Below, one piece after another: positions 1 to 9,526 of a stretch of 62,568 nucleotides of DNA. The stretch is from IMG/VR virus record IMGVR_UViG_3300011417_000010, positions 1 through 62,568 of that record; one strand, given 5' to 3'. The notes under the pieces were generated by a model that had not been told where the DNA came from, ran no database searches, and was given only the letters and a program-made list of their open reading frames with translations. The translations under genes were made by a program, and so were the position numbers. The stretch is from a virus. Lineage: Duplodnaviria; Caudoviricetes. Each line of letters starts with the position of its first letter. The stretch's first letter is position 1.

Positions 1-2970
1 GACGCCGGCCCGGTGAACATCTCGCACGGCACCATTCGCGGTGTCGCCTGCATGCCGAACAAGATCAAGGGCGTCCACTTCGACGAGGAGAAGGGCATCC
101 TGCACACGCAGAAGGGCTCGTTCCCGCTCTACAACCCTGACAAGGGGTTCCAGATGAAGGAGGACGGTGCGGGCACTCCGCACTACGAGAACGGCGTGCT
201 CCACGTTGCTAAGGGCACCGACACGTCTGGCTTCCACAACGGTCCAAGCCCTGGTTTCCGCGAGATCTACAACTCGAAGCCGATCGAGGATTTTCACTCG
301 GGCAAGGTCATGCCGAACTGGGTGCGCAATCACGAGCTGGCGAAGAGCGGGAAGACGCCCGACGAGGTCATCATGCACGCGGCGGTATTCTCGATGCTCT
401 CGCCGAACACTCCCGTGCGCCCGCACGAGCTGATGTACTCACACATGGTCGACACGTGGGAGGATCTCGGCATCGACCCGCGCGACGAGCACTTCAAGAA
501 GGCGAAGAAGCACTGGTTGAACAAGGACCAGCCGAAGGGCTACCCGCGCCTCGCGACCGACTACTTCAAGACCCACGAGGACGTCCACCTGGGCAACGCC
601 AGTGAGGGTAAGGGCCGCGAGAAGGGCGACCTGATGTCGTTCATGCTCGGCGAGAACAAGTTCGCGAACATCTCGAAGTACCACAAGCTCCACAGCACGC
701 TGACGGACCTGGTGCGCAAGCACGGTCACGACGCGCGCTCCGCGACGGCGGAGCTGATGAAGATGAAGCAGGAGCACGGGAAGTGGAAGACCCGTCGCCA
801 GGTCTTCAAGTCCAAGGTGAAGCAGCTCGCGGTCGAAAAGATGGGGCTCAAGAACCACTTCTCCGACTTCGTCGGCAAGGCCGTCGAGAAGGCTCGCGCC
901 GCAGGCCTGATGGGTAAGAAGGGTGAGTCCAAGACGGGCGACTCCGCTATCAAGAAGCGCTTCGAGGCCGAGGCCAAGAAGAAGGGTTTGAAGAACGACC
1001 TCGACGACTACGCCGAGAAGGCGACCCAGAGCAAAATCGGTGACTACAAGGGCACCGAGGTCCCGGGGCTCGCCCCAAAGACGGGGCGCTTCACGTTCAC
1101 GATGCTCGGTGGCGGCAACAGCTTCGTCCCCGACACGCACATCATCCGCCACCTGTTCGGCATGGACAATAAGAAGGACAGCGACACCCTCGCGTACATG
1201 AAGTCCGTGTTGTGGAACCCGAATAACCACCACGTCCTCGAAGGCATGGACAAGTGGTACGCGAAGAACCACCCGGCTGCGCAGCTGATGCAGAACCACG
1301 AGCAGTGGGGCAAGCACTTCCAGGACGACAAGGAGCAGGCGAACTTCCCCGCGTTCTGGCGCCACTGGTGCTCGATCGCTCAGGACGAGCGCAACCGCGG
1401 CATGCCGAACCAGTCGGCGAACGAGTTCTCGACCCATGAGCCGTTCTGGCTCGGCATCCAGAAGTTTGTCAAGAGCGAGGCTCCGGACGAGCGCATGGTC
1501 GCGAAGATGATCGCGCTGCACGACCGCTACCAGAAGGACTACGGCGAGATCCCGGCGCAGATGATGTTCTTCCAGCACATCCTTCCCCACCTGTGGGAGG
1601 CCGCGGAGCACCGCCAGAAGCACGACGACCTCGCGGACTTCGCGAAGTCGATTGCGCACATCCACACACTCGACATCTCGCTCCGCAAGAGCGCTGAGGA
1701 AGCCGCCGTATCCCTGTACAACGACGCGATGGTGCCTACTATTCACGATGTGCACTACCACGTCGACGGGAACGAGCACCGTGCAGGTAGGTTCGTTATC
1801 CACAACAACCGACTCAAGCACCTGGAGGACCACCGTGGCCTACTGGAGCACCTGTTGCCAGAGGGCCCGGTGACCCTGAAGACCATCTCGGCCATCCACG
1901 GTCTGAAGATGTCGCCACACCTGCGCGTCTCGGTCGTGCCCGTCGAGACCCCGAAGCAGGAGCCGGCCACTAGGTCCCCCGAGCAGAAGGTCGCCGATGC
2001 GCAGCCCGTGCGACCGCCGTCGGTGTTCGAGTACCACCGAGCCGGCCACGACCACCCGCACACATTGGAGGTCAAGGACGGGCACTATATGCTCGATGGT
2101 GAGCACTTGTCCCACCCAGAGGTCCAGGCGATTTTGGAGAACCACAAATCTGGTGCTGCAACTATCCGCTACAGGTCTGGCGGGAAGTCGCCGATGGAAC
2201 AGATTAGGAAAATGGAGGAAGCTTTCTCACAGTTTCTTCCGATGAGGAAGGCCGAGGGCGAGTTCACGACCGAGGAGATGGTGAACCACGCTCGTCGGAT
2301 GGAGTCCATGGGTCACGTTCCCAAGGGCTACTCGGACACGCTGAACAAGATGCTCCACGAGGACACCCTCGTACCTGGCGTTGGTAACAAGGCCGCGGCC
2401 GGCCACTTCCTGACGAAGCAGAAGCCGGGCGTGTACGTTTCGATGGACGGCAACGACTTCGGCAAGGTCAACAAGGCCTTCGGCCAGCACGTCGGTGACC
2501 AGGCGATCACCGCGATGGGCGGCGCGCTTCGCTCGGCGTCCGACGAGGCGACCCCGGGCGTGGGCAAGGTGTTCCGCAACGGTGGCGACGAGTTCGTCGC
2601 GCACTTCCCGTCGCACGAACACGCCGCGAAGTTCATGCGCTCGGTTCACCAGAAGCTGCAGGACGTCCCAGCCATCGGTGGCGCCCACAAGCTCAGTTTC
2701 TCGTTCGGCTTCGGTACCGACCTGCATCAGGCGAACCATGCTCTTCTCGCGGCCAAGCAGCAGAAGGTCCACCCGACCACCGGGCAGGCTCTCTACGGTG
2801 TCGGCCAGACGCCGAACATGGCGCATTCGCTGGTGCCCGGCCACGAGGGCCCGCTTCCCGTGCACGACACGGAGAGCGAGATGATGCACCAGACGATGAA
2901 GGCGCCCGCGAGTGCTACGCCGAAGCCGATTCCGGCCCCGCCTGCGGCTCCGAAGTCGGCTGCTGCCTAA
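1..2970 (+). CDS. Large multidomain protein (probably 5'-truncated): HhH-GPD DNA glycosylase/AP-lyase-like domain + C-terminal GGDEF nucleotide cyclase domain
   Basis: Frame is open from base 1. VPGLAPKTGRF..VPDTHIIRHLF matches the HhH motif with catalytic Lys/Asp. SMDGNDFGKVNKAFGQHVGD..FRNGGDEF is a canonical GGDEF signature. Several LxKS/A motifs lie between the domains. Confidence 0.75.
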   Translation, partial: DAGPVNISHGTIRGVACMPNKIKGVHFDEEKGILHTQKGSFPLYNPDKGFQMKEDGAGTPHYENGVLHVAKGTDTSGFHNGPSPGFREIYNSKPIEDFHSGKVMPNWVRNHELAKSGKTPDEVIMHAAVFSMLSPNTPVRPHELMYSHMVDTWEDLGIDPRDEHFKKAKKHWLNKDQPKGYPRLATDYFKTHEDVHLGNASEGKGREKGDLMSFMLGENKFANISKYHKLHSTLTDLVRKHGHDARSATAELMKMKQEHGKWKTRRQVFKSKVKQLAVEKMGLKNHFSDFVGKAVEKARAAGLMGKKGESKTGDSAIKKRFEAEAKKKGLKNDLDDYAEKATQSKIGDYKGTEVPGLAPKTGRFTFTMLGGGNSFVPDTHIIRHLFGMDNKKDSDTLAYMKSVLWNPNNHHVLEGMDKWYAKNHPAAQLMQNHEQWGKHFQDDKEQANFPAFWRHWCSIAQDERNRGMPNQSANEFSTHEPFWLGIQKFVKSEAPDERMVAKMIALHDRYQKDYGEIPAQMMFFQHILPHLWEAAEHRQKHDDLADFAKSIAHIHTLDISLRKSAEEAAVSLYNDAMVPTIHDVHYHVDGNEHRAGRFVIHNNRLKHLEDHRGLLEHLLPEGPVTLKTISAIHGLKMSPHLRVSVVPVETPKQEPATRSPEQKVADAQPVRPPSVFEYHRAGHDHPHTLEVKDGHYMLDGEHLSHPEVQAILENHKSGAATIRYRSGGKSPMEQIRKMEEAFSQFLPMRKAEGEFTTEEMVNHARRMESMGHVPKGYSDTLNKMLHEDTLVPGVGNKAAAGHFLTKQKPGVYVSMDGNDFGKVNKAFGQHVGDQAITAMGGALRSASDEATPGVGKVFRNGGDEFVAHFPSHEHAAKFMRSVHQKLQDVPAIGGAHKLSFSFGFGTDLHQANHALLAAKQQKVHPTTGQALYGVGQTPNMAHSLVPGHEGPLPVHDTESEMMHQTMKAPASATPKPIPAPPAAPKSAAA

Positions 2971-3283
2971 GCTTCCGGCAGTTCTTGCAGGTTGTCCGCT
3001 TCCCGTCGAAGCACAGGAAGAGCGGTAGGATCTCGTCGCATGCGCTGCACTCGCGCAGCGCCTGCTCCTCGTTGCAGTACTTGCAGCACCCGTTCGAGTT
3101 CAGTGGCCGGTGCCTCATGCACTGGGCGCACACGGTTTCGTAGCGCTTCGAAAAGTAGTCCTCGGAGCGACACTCTTGGCAGCGGGAAGTGACTGGTCGT
3201 TTCCGGTCGGTGTAGTGCGCCTCATGGTAGGCGCTACGCGGCTTTAGGAGGCCGCATCCGGAGCACTCGAAGAGCTGTGGCAT
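2915..3283 (-). CDS. Cys-rich zinc-finger protein
   Basis: Six CxxC pairs; AAGGA RBS upstream; overlaps the 3' end of the upstream gene by ~55 nt. Confidence 0.55.
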   Translation of the reverse strand: MPQLFECSGCGLLKPRSAYHEAHYTDRKRPVTSRCQECRSEDYFSKRYETVCAQCMRHRPLNSNGCCKYCNEEQALRECSACDEILPLFLCFDGKRTTCKNCRKLRQQPTSEPQAGPESASA

Positions 3284-3400
3284 GTCCTTTCTCTAAGGTT
3301 GTGGCTGCTTGCCACACTTTTTGTTCCGGTTGACCGGCAATCTAAGACCTGCAAACGGACCGTTTCTACGTCCCCCCAGGATCTCAAGGAGAAAATTTCC

Positions 3401-3868
3401 ATGGCCGCCAACAAAAAGTGCCTCGCTCTCGCCGCCGAACTCGCCGACGAGCTTCGCAAGCGCGTTTCGAACTACGCCTCATTCACCGAGAACTTCAACG
3501 CCAACAACTTCCCCACCATCAGCCTGAACGACGACTCGGCCGCCACGACCGAGGACAACGTCTTCATCCGCGTTCGCCCCCGTGAGTGGGCGCTCGCGAC
3601 GGACGTCCTGGGCACGGCCCAGACGGTCTACACGCCCAGTGTGATCCAGATCGCCGTCGAGGGTCCCTCCTCGGGCGTCGGCCTCGGCCGCTTCGTCTCG
3701 GTCGCTCACCTCTTCGCCATCCTCAACGCCTGCGGCCTCCGTGGCACGCGCGTCGAGTACTGGTCGGAGACGAACGGCACGGTGCCCTCGGCCACGACGT
3801 TCAACACGGCTTCCAAGATGCTCGCCTCCTTCGAGGATCTCTACTGGAACATGCAGTCGTCGCAGTAA
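3401..3868 (+). CDS. Hypothetical virion/head-associated protein
   Basis: AAGGAG RBS before ATG 3401, AATCTA motif upstream, first gene of the scaffold-capsid operon, strong codon bias. Confidence 0.6.
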   Translation: MAANKKCLALAAELADELRKRVSNYASFTENFNANNFPTISLNDDSAATTEDNVFIRVRPREWALATDVLGTAQTVYTPSVIQIAVEGPSSGVGLGRFVSVAHLFAILNACGLRGTRVEYWSETNGTVPSATTFNTASKMLASFEDLYWNMQSSQ

Positions 3869-3897
3869 GCCTTCTGGCTTCCTGAAAGAGACAAACC

Positions 3898-4884
3898 ATG
3901 TCCATCAACGAGAAACAGCTCACTGACATCCTCTCGGAAGTCCAGAACGAGCTGGATACGATGATGAAGTCCGAGCTGGCAACGCTCGCCAAGGCGCGTC
4001 CTGGCGAGGAGACCACTGGCGAAGGCCAGGAGGACTCCTCCAAGACCGACCCGACGGGCGACAACACCAGCGCGGCTTCGGAATCGCCCGACGCGGCTTC
4101 GGCCGCGCCGGACGCAAGCGGATCTGATGCTTCGTCCCCGGCTGCTGACGCTTCGGCGTCGGCTCCCCCGGCCGCGGACGGCTCCGCCCCTCCGGCTGAC
4201 GCTTCGGCGTCTCCCGACGGTTCGGCTCCGGCCGACCCCGCCGCGGAAGCCGGTCCGATCGACCCGCAGCAGCTGATGGCGGAGTACGCCCAGCTTCCGC
4301 CGGAAGATCTGAAGGCCCACTACCTCGCTTGCAAGGAGGCCCTGGTTCAGGTCCTCGGCGCAGCGGGTGCGGATGACGGTTCGGCGCCTCCGGCGCCTGG
4401 TGCGGACGCTTCGGCGGCTGCGGCGGCTCCCCCGCCCGCAGCGGCTTCGGCTCCGCCTCCCGCTGCAGCGCCCCCGGCTGCTTCGGCTCCGCCTCCGCCA
4501 GACGAGACTGGCCCCACACTGAAGGCGGAGATCCCGTCTGGCGACAAACTGGCCAACCCGGGTCCCCCCAATGGTGAGAACCCGCTCCACAAGAGCGAGG
4601 CGTTTCAGGCTGCGGTGGATGCCGCTGTCGAGGGCGCCATCGGTCCCATCGTCAAGGCCGTCAAGCTGATCGTCGAGTCGCCCATGCGCAAGTCGATCGC
4701 CTTCGCCGCCGACCTCCCCAAGTCGGAGACGGTCGACGTGACCACCCTGTCGCGCGAGCAGATTCGCGCGAAGCTGAGCGAGAAGATCAAGGCAGGCAAC
4801 CTGTCCAAGTCGGAGAAGGATCTCGTGATCAACTTCGACACGGGCAAGGTGAAGGCCGACGCCGTCGCCCACCTGCTCAAGTAA
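3898..4884 (+). CDS. Putative capsid scaffolding protein
   Basis: Acidic, Ala/Pro-rich low-complexity protein directly upstream of the capsid gene; many xxKS/KA motifs (MMKSE, LAKA, LHKSE, MRKS, LSKSE). Confidence 0.6.
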   Translation: MSINEKQLTDILSEVQNELDTMMKSELATLAKARPGEETTGEGQEDSSKTDPTGDNTSAASESPDAASAAPDASGSDASSPAADASASAPPAADGSAPPADASASPDGSAPADPAAEAGPIDPQQLMAEYAQLPPEDLKAHYLACKEALVQVLGAAGADDGSAPPAPGADASAAAAAPPPAAASAPPPAAAPPAASAPPPPDETGPTLKAEIPSGDKLANPGPPNGENPLHKSEAFQAAVDAAVEGAIGPIVKAVKLIVESPMRKSIAFAADLPKSETVDVTTLSREQIRAKLSEKIKAGNLSKSEKDLVINFDTGKVKADAVAHLLK

Positions 4885-4924
4885 CCCCTGTCCCGAATAG
4901 ATCGAAAGAACATAGGAGAATCAC

Positions 4925-6310
4925 ATGTCCGTTATCGCAGAACTCCAGAGCCTTGTGAAGGCCCTCGAAGCCGGGGGTTACAACGCGGCACCGTCGACGC
5001 TGACTCAGGGCGCGGCGCTTCAGACCGAGGACCTGAGCAATGTCATGCAGGTCGTGACCTGGGATGAGTCCCACATCAAGCTGCAGAAGCTGCTGAAGGT
5101 CGAGACGTGCAAGTCCATGCTCGCGCAGTTCAACCGTCAGCTGTCCTACGGGCAGTTCGGTGGATCGGCCGTGCTGGAAGGTGGCATTGGTCAAGAAGAG
5201 ACTTCGGACGTCGTCCGTGTCGTGGTCCCCATGTGCTTCTACGCCCACACGCGTCGCGTGACGGTGCAGGCGAACATGGTGGCGACGTTCGACGGCACGA
5301 AGGCCGAGGATCGCGCTGCGGAAGACGCGGCGAAGAAGGTCTCGGGCGACATCGAGTTCGATTGCTTCCGCGGTCTCGCGGACTTCTCGAACGCTGGTGA
5401 GTTCGACGGCAACCCCCTCGCGACGGCCTCCATGCCGAACATGCACGGTCTCGACCTGCAGATTCGTCAGTCGGACGGTCAGCGCGCGGCGCACGACCTG
5501 ATGTTCGGCGAGTACGGCTCGGACGACACGGTCGTCATCTCGGGCGGTGGTCCTCTGACGCAGGACACGGTCGAGGACGCGAGCCTCCGCTCGTCGTTGG
5601 GCTTCGGCAAGGCCGACAAGCTCGTCGTCGATCCGGTCGTCCTCTCGGCCTACAACAAGATCGTCTTCGGCAAGGAGAAGATCATCCTCGCTGGTTCGCC
5701 CCAGGGCGCGACCGGTGGCGATCTGCGCAAGCAGTGGGTCAGCGGCGGCACGGTCGATGTCGAAGGCTCGATGTTCCTTCGTGGCAAGGCCAAGCCCCAG
5801 GCGCCCCGCGCCACGGGTCCCACGGCCCCCACGGTCGGCGCTGCGGCCTACACCGCGAACGGCACGCCGTTCCTCGCGGGCGAGGTCTACTTCTACAAGG
5901 CCTGCGCCGTGAACGAGATCGGCGAGTCGCCGCGCTCGGCCTACGTGACGGGCACGATCAGCACGGACGGTGATGACGTTCACTTCGACATCACCCCGGT
6001 GAGCACGACCCGCTACTTCAATGTGTACCGCACGCTGGCAGGCGGCGCGCAGGGCACGGAGAAGTTCATCGGTCGCGTGGTCGCCAACGGCGCCTCCGCG
6101 GTCACCTTCACGGACCTCGGGAACAAGATCCCGGGCTTCGTCACTGGGTTCCTCATCCAGGGCGACACGATGGCGATGAAGGAGCTTGCTCCCTACAGCC
6201 GTCTGAAGCTCGCGGTCACGGACCTCAGCCAGCCCGAGGCGCACTTCCGCTTCTGCTCGCTCGCGGTCATGCAGCCCCGCAAGAACGTCCTCGTCGACAA
6301 CCTGTCGTAA
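4925..6310 (+). CDS. Major capsid protein (SPO1/Twort-like HK97 fold with Ig/FN3-like insertion)
   Basis: 461 aa; N-terminus LVKALEAGGY..GAALQTEDL resembles Herelleviridae-type capsid proteins; YFYKACAVNEIGES is FN3-like; AGGAG RBS; terminator follows. Confidence 0.85.
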   Translation: MSVIAELQSLVKALEAGGYNAAPSTLTQGAALQTEDLSNVMQVVTWDESHIKLQKLLKVETCKSMLAQFNRQLSYGQFGGSAVLEGGIGQEETSDVVRVVVPMCFYAHTRRVTVQANMVATFDGTKAEDRAAEDAAKKVSGDIEFDCFRGLADFSNAGEFDGNPLATASMPNMHGLDLQIRQSDGQRAAHDLMFGEYGSDDTVVISGGGPLTQDTVEDASLRSSLGFGKADKLVVDPVVLSAYNKIVFGKEKIILAGSPQGATGGDLRKQWVSGGTVDVEGSMFLRGKAKPQAPRATGPTAPTVGAAAYTANGTPFLAGEVYFYKACAVNEIGESPRSAYVTGTISTDGDDVHFDITPVSTTRYFNVYRTLAGGAQGTEKFIGRVVANGASAVTFTDLGNKIPGFVTGFLIQGDTMAMKELAPYSRLKLAVTDLSQPEAHFRFCSLAVMQPRKNVLVDNLS

Positions 6311-6333
6311 GGACGGCGCCCCTCGGGGCGTAG

Positions 6334-6375
6334 CACGAAAGGCCCGTACAGAGCGATCTGGCGGGCCTTTCGTGT
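6334..6375 (+). terminator. Hairpin terminator after capsid gene
   Basis: CACGAAAGGCCCG..CGGGCCTTTCGTG inverted repeat; small CGCCC-CTCG-GGGCG hairpin just upstream. Confidence 0.7.
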
Positions 6376-6429
6376 ATCTGGGGCCCCGGATGGCTCGGAG
6401 TGTAAGAACGCCGCGTGGCGGGGCCACCC

Positions 6430-6438
6430 GATTCGCTA
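6430..6438 (+). promoter_or_regulatory. (A)GATTCGCTA motif, copy 1
   Basis: Intergenic, 10 nt before ATG 6449; the motif recurs 11 times in the window. Confidence 0.65.
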
Positions 6439-6448
6439 GAAATAGGGT

Positions 6449-6730
6449 ATGGGTTACACGCCCGAACAGCTCCGGAACGTCCAGAAGCAGGCGTTCCTCC
6501 TCTCCATGGGGGTGAACAAGCTCGTGGGCGACGATCCGACGCTCATGGTGGCGTGCCTGACCATGGCGGCCAGCTACGCGGCAACCCTTTCTGACGTCTC
6601 CTACGAGGAGATGAAGACGCTATTCGAGATGCATTACAAGACCGCTGCCGCCGACCTTGCGGCCATGGACGCGGCCGAGAAGACGGGGCTCGGAGTGCCC
6701 GTTGGCAAGACTCCGGAGGGCAAGCAGTGA
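6449..6730 (+). CDS. Hypothetical protein
   Basis: Follows the motif; typical codon usage; GTGA overlap with the next ORF. Confidence 0.6.
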   Translation: MGYTPEQLRNVQKQAFLLSMGVNKLVGDDPTLMVACLTMAASYAATLSDVSYEEMKTLFEMHYKTAAADLAAMDAAEKTGLGVPVGKTPEGKQ

Positions 6731-6903
6731 GCGACTGGCGTTTCTTTCTGGACTGGGTGCTCAACGGTCTAGTATGTCAGCTCTGTTCAGAGCGTACCGG
6801 TTTTCGTTTCCGTCGTGGTCTGTGCGACGTGTGCGAGACCGTCGAGTGGCTCAACAAACTTGAAAGACTGGTCCATGGCCTACAGAGTAAAGATCCTGGC
6901 TGA
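6727..6903 (+). CDS. Small zinc-finger protein (58 aa, below ORF-track cutoff)
   Basis: GTG overlaps the previous TGA; CQLC and CDVC pairs. Confidence 0.45.
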   Translation: MSDWRFFLDWVLNGLVCQLCSERTGFRFRRGLCDVCETVEWLNKLERLVHGLQSKDPG

Positions 6904-7750
6904 CAGCGTCGGCCCCAACGGTGTCCGCCTCACGACCTGGGAGCTGACCTACCCGCGCTTCGTCCACGCGGAGCTGATGACCCACCGACTGTTCTCGCGG
7001 AACAGTGCCAGCTCGCGCGCCATCCCGACGAAGAAGCTCATGCGCCAGATCCGGAAGGACCCGGCCATGCCCGTGTGGTGGGGTAAGAACCAGGCCGGCA
7101 TGCAGGCGCGTGAGGAGCTGACCGGTTGGCGCCTGGCGCTCGTGCGCCGGCTGTGGCTGTCCGCTCGCTGGGGCGCTCTGCTGGTGGCGTGGCTGCTCGG
7201 CGTTCTCGGGTTCCACAAGCAGATCGCGAACCGCGTCCTGGAGCCGTGGATGTTCATCACGGTCATCATGACGGCCACGGAGTTGGACAATTGGTTCAAG
7301 CTTCGCTGTCACCCCGACGCGCAGCCCGAGATCGGGTGGGTCGCGCAGGAGATGCAGCGTCAGTACCTCGCGAACAGGCCGCGCCGCCTTCATGCAGGTG
7401 AGTGGCACTTGCCGCTGATTGACCATCACGATGTGGTGCACCTCAACCCGAGGACCGATTGCTTGGTCTCCGCGGGCCGCTGCGCTCGCGTGTCGTACCT
7501 TACCCACGACGGTCGTCGCGACTGGAGCGAGGACGTATCTCTCGCCAATAAGCTGATGCAGTCGGGGCACTGGAGCCCCTTCGAGCACGTCGCTCAGGCG
7601 CTGCCGTTCTTTGGAGTCGTACCTCCCACGGGTGACAATCAGTGGACTGGTCACCCAGTAGCGACGGAGAGGGTTTGGTCTGGGAATCTCCGAGGCTGGC
7701 TCCAGTTCCGCGAGACGGTGGACACGAACTTCACCAAGGTAACCAGATGA
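6875..7750 (+). CDS. thyX: FAD-dependent thymidylate synthase (ThyX-like)
   Basis: HAELMTHRLFSRNSASSRAIP, SAGRCARVSY and HWSPFEH motifs typical of phage ThyX. Confidence 0.85.
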   Translation: MAYRVKILADSVGPNGVRLTTWELTYPRFVHAELMTHRLFSRNSASSRAIPTKKLMRQIRKDPAMPVWWGKNQAGMQAREELTGWRLALVRRLWLSARWGALLVAWLLGVLGFHKQIANRVLEPWMFITVIMTATELDNWFKLRCHPDAQPEIGWVAQEMQRQYLANRPRRLHAGEWHLPLIDHHDVVHLNPRTDCLVSAGRCARVSYLTHDGRRDWSEDVSLANKLMQSGHWSPFEHVAQALPFFGVVPPTGDNQWTGHPVATERVWSGNLRGWLQFRETVDTNFTKVTR

Positions 7751-7938
7751 CCACTTGCCCCTTCTGTGACAGCACCCGAGTTGACGCTGAGTACGTGGAT
7801 ATTGGCGTTGGCTTTCAGCAGGTAACTCCGTACACCTGTCTCGACTGTGACTCCCAGCAGATGAACCCATATCACGACAATTCTAGGGCCACCGAGGAGG
7901 AGCGGAGGTTTGGCTGGTGGAAGGGGCCAGATTCGTGA
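7747..7938 (+). CDS. Small zinc-ribbon protein
   Basis: ATGA overlap; CPFC..CLDC. Confidence 0.6.
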   Translation: MTTCPFCDSTRVDAEYVDIGVGFQQVTPYTCLDCDSQQMNPYHDNSRATEEERRFGWWKGPDS

Positions 7939-8132
7939 GCCCCGACGCTGAGGCGGACGCACTTGCGAAACGCCTAGACGAGATAGCGAAAGCGATCGAG
8001 GCTGGTGCGGACCCAATCTCTTTCCAAGGGGAGCTAGATCGGCTTCTCGGAACTGAGATGGAGGATCGCGACCATGAGGCGGAAGCTCACTGGGAAGAAA
8101 CCTACCGACGAAAGCCCGAAGAGCGAACTTAG
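7935..8132 (+). CDS. Hypothetical protein
   Basis: GTGA overlap with the previous gene; acidic and helical. Confidence 0.5.
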   Translation: MSPDAEADALAKRLDEIAKAIEAGADPISFQGELDRLLGTEMEDRDHEAEAHWEETYRRKPEERT

Positions 8133-8469
8133 GCTCGACGATCCAGCGACGCTGGACAAGATTCACGTCGCTCTCCGCACGATGCTGAAATCCGGTGAGA
8201 TCCACGGGTACGACTACTACAAGGCGCTCGTCGACCTTGCAGCTCGCTGGATCTTGCTAGGTCGGCGCGAGGACGCGGTCAGCCTGATCTGCGAGCTGAG
8301 CGAGGACTACGTCGAGCACGGGATGCCCGCCCAGATGGAGGCGGACCCCAAGTTCAAGCGCAAGGCACACGCCGTTGCAGCCTGGCTGGACCCCACCATC
8401 ACTGATATCTCTGACGACGACGTTGAGTTGTCGGCGATGTTGCTAAAAACTCCCGTCGCCAAGGCCTAA
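8074..8469 (+). CDS. Hypothetical protein
   Basis: GGAGG RBS; typical codon usage. Confidence 0.6.
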   Translation: MRRKLTGKKPTDESPKSELRLDDPATLDKIHVALRTMLKSGEIHGYDYYKALVDLAARWILLGRREDAVSLICELSEDYVEHGMPAQMEADPKFKRKAHAVAAWLDPTITDISDDDVELSAMLLKTPVAKA

Positions 8470-8472
8470 AAC

Positions 8473-8904
8473 GTGCCACTTTCGGATCCTGAAGAGCGAC
8501 GTCGATACGCTAAGGCGTATTACCAGAAGAACCGGGAGAAGGTTCGGGCGCAGGTCGATAGGTATAGGACGTCTTCGAAGGGGCTGGCCACTTCCGCAGC
8601 CTGGAAGCAGGCTCACGGTCAGTTTGAACGGCATGGACTGACGAAGGAACAGCATCAGCTGGTCTTGGACGAGCAGGGCGGTGTGTGCGCGATATGTAAG
8701 CTCCCTCCCCGGAAGGGCCAGTCACTGTGCGTCGACCACGACCACACTTGCTGCCCGCTTACGGGGTCGTCTCGGTCGTGTGGGAGGTGTTTTCGCGGGC
8801 TTCTCTGCCATAACTGCAACCAGGCTCTGGGCAAGCTGAATGACGACCCGGACCGCTTGGAGGCAGGCATTTCATACTTAAGACGAGGCCGTCGCAGCTG
8901 GTAA
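8473..8904 (+). CDS. Endonuclease VII-type HNH endonuclease
   Basis: QGGVCAIC..LCVDHDH..RGLLCHNCN motif. Confidence 0.85.
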   Translation: MPLSDPEERRRYAKAYYQKNREKVRAQVDRYRTSSKGLATSAAWKQAHGQFERHGLTKEQHQLVLDEQGGVCAICKLPPRKGQSLCVDHDHTCCPLTGSSRSCGRCFRGLLCHNCNQALGKLNDDPDRLEAGISYLRRGRRSW

Positions 8905-8934
8905 GTGTCGGTTTTGGGCGGCAATCTTACCTGC

Positions 8935-9336
8935 ATGCCCCTTAGCTGTCGTTTCCTCGCTGACGTCTCCGGCGTCAACTCCTTCGAGTACGCCGCCCAG
9001 GCCGAGATCTACCAGGGCGACGACGCAACCATCTACATCCAGCTGGTCGAGTCCGGTTTGGATCGCTCCGACCAGGGGTTCTTCCCTGCTGGCCGTCGTT
9101 ATTGTCCTCCTGCAAGCTCCACGCTGACGGTGCTGCTCAAGAACATCGATGACGCGAAGAAGGTGATCAGGGTCTGCACTCAGGCATACCCCACGCTGGA
9201 CGCATCGATCTGGTACATCACGCTCCTCCCGAGCGACCCGCTCTCTGGCACTGTGACCATGGAGGCTACGCTGGAGGAGCCCTCGCGCACGCTTCACTTC
9301 AAGAACGCCAAGGGTGTTCTGGTCCGCGTGAAGTAA
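8935..9336 (+). CDS. Hypothetical virion protein
   Basis: AATCTT 6 nt upstream; beta-rich; lies in the head/neck cluster. Confidence 0.55.
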   Translation: MPLSCRFLADVSGVNSFEYAAQAEIYQGDDATIYIQLVESGLDRSDQGFFPAGRRYCPPASSTLTVLLKNIDDAKKVIRVCTQAYPTLDASIWYITLLPSDPLSGTVTMEATLEEPSRTLHFKNAKGVLVRVK

Positions 9337-9525
9337 ATGGAGACGGACAAGGCAGTAGACAAGAACGACGAGGCGATGCGCCAGATGCTCATGAACCTCC
9401 ACGAGGACATGAAGGCGTTCTTCTTCGTCGACTATGACCAAGTTCAGTGGCAGGTCGTCTCCGAAGCCGCCCAGCTCGCACAGACCCTCACGTTGATGAT
9501 CCACCCCGAACTTCAAGACGAGTAA
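9337..9525 (+). CDS. Hypothetical protein
   Basis: Abuts both flanking genes. Confidence 0.5.
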   Translation: METDKAVDKNDEAMRQMLMNLHEDMKAFFFVDYDQVQWQVVSEAAQLAQTLTLMIHPELQDE

Positions 9526-9526
9526 A

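Noticed and set aside
439-6427. Long antisense ORFs (439..1833, 3841..4872, 4877..6427; similarly 27077..28717, 39289..40521, 46877..48343)
   Set aside because: Shadows of GC3-biased genes on the other strand; no motifs or RBS.
7120-7215. Hydrophobic TM-like stretch inside ThyX
   Set aside because: Falls in a variable helix between conserved ThyX motifs; no independent support for membrane anchoring.
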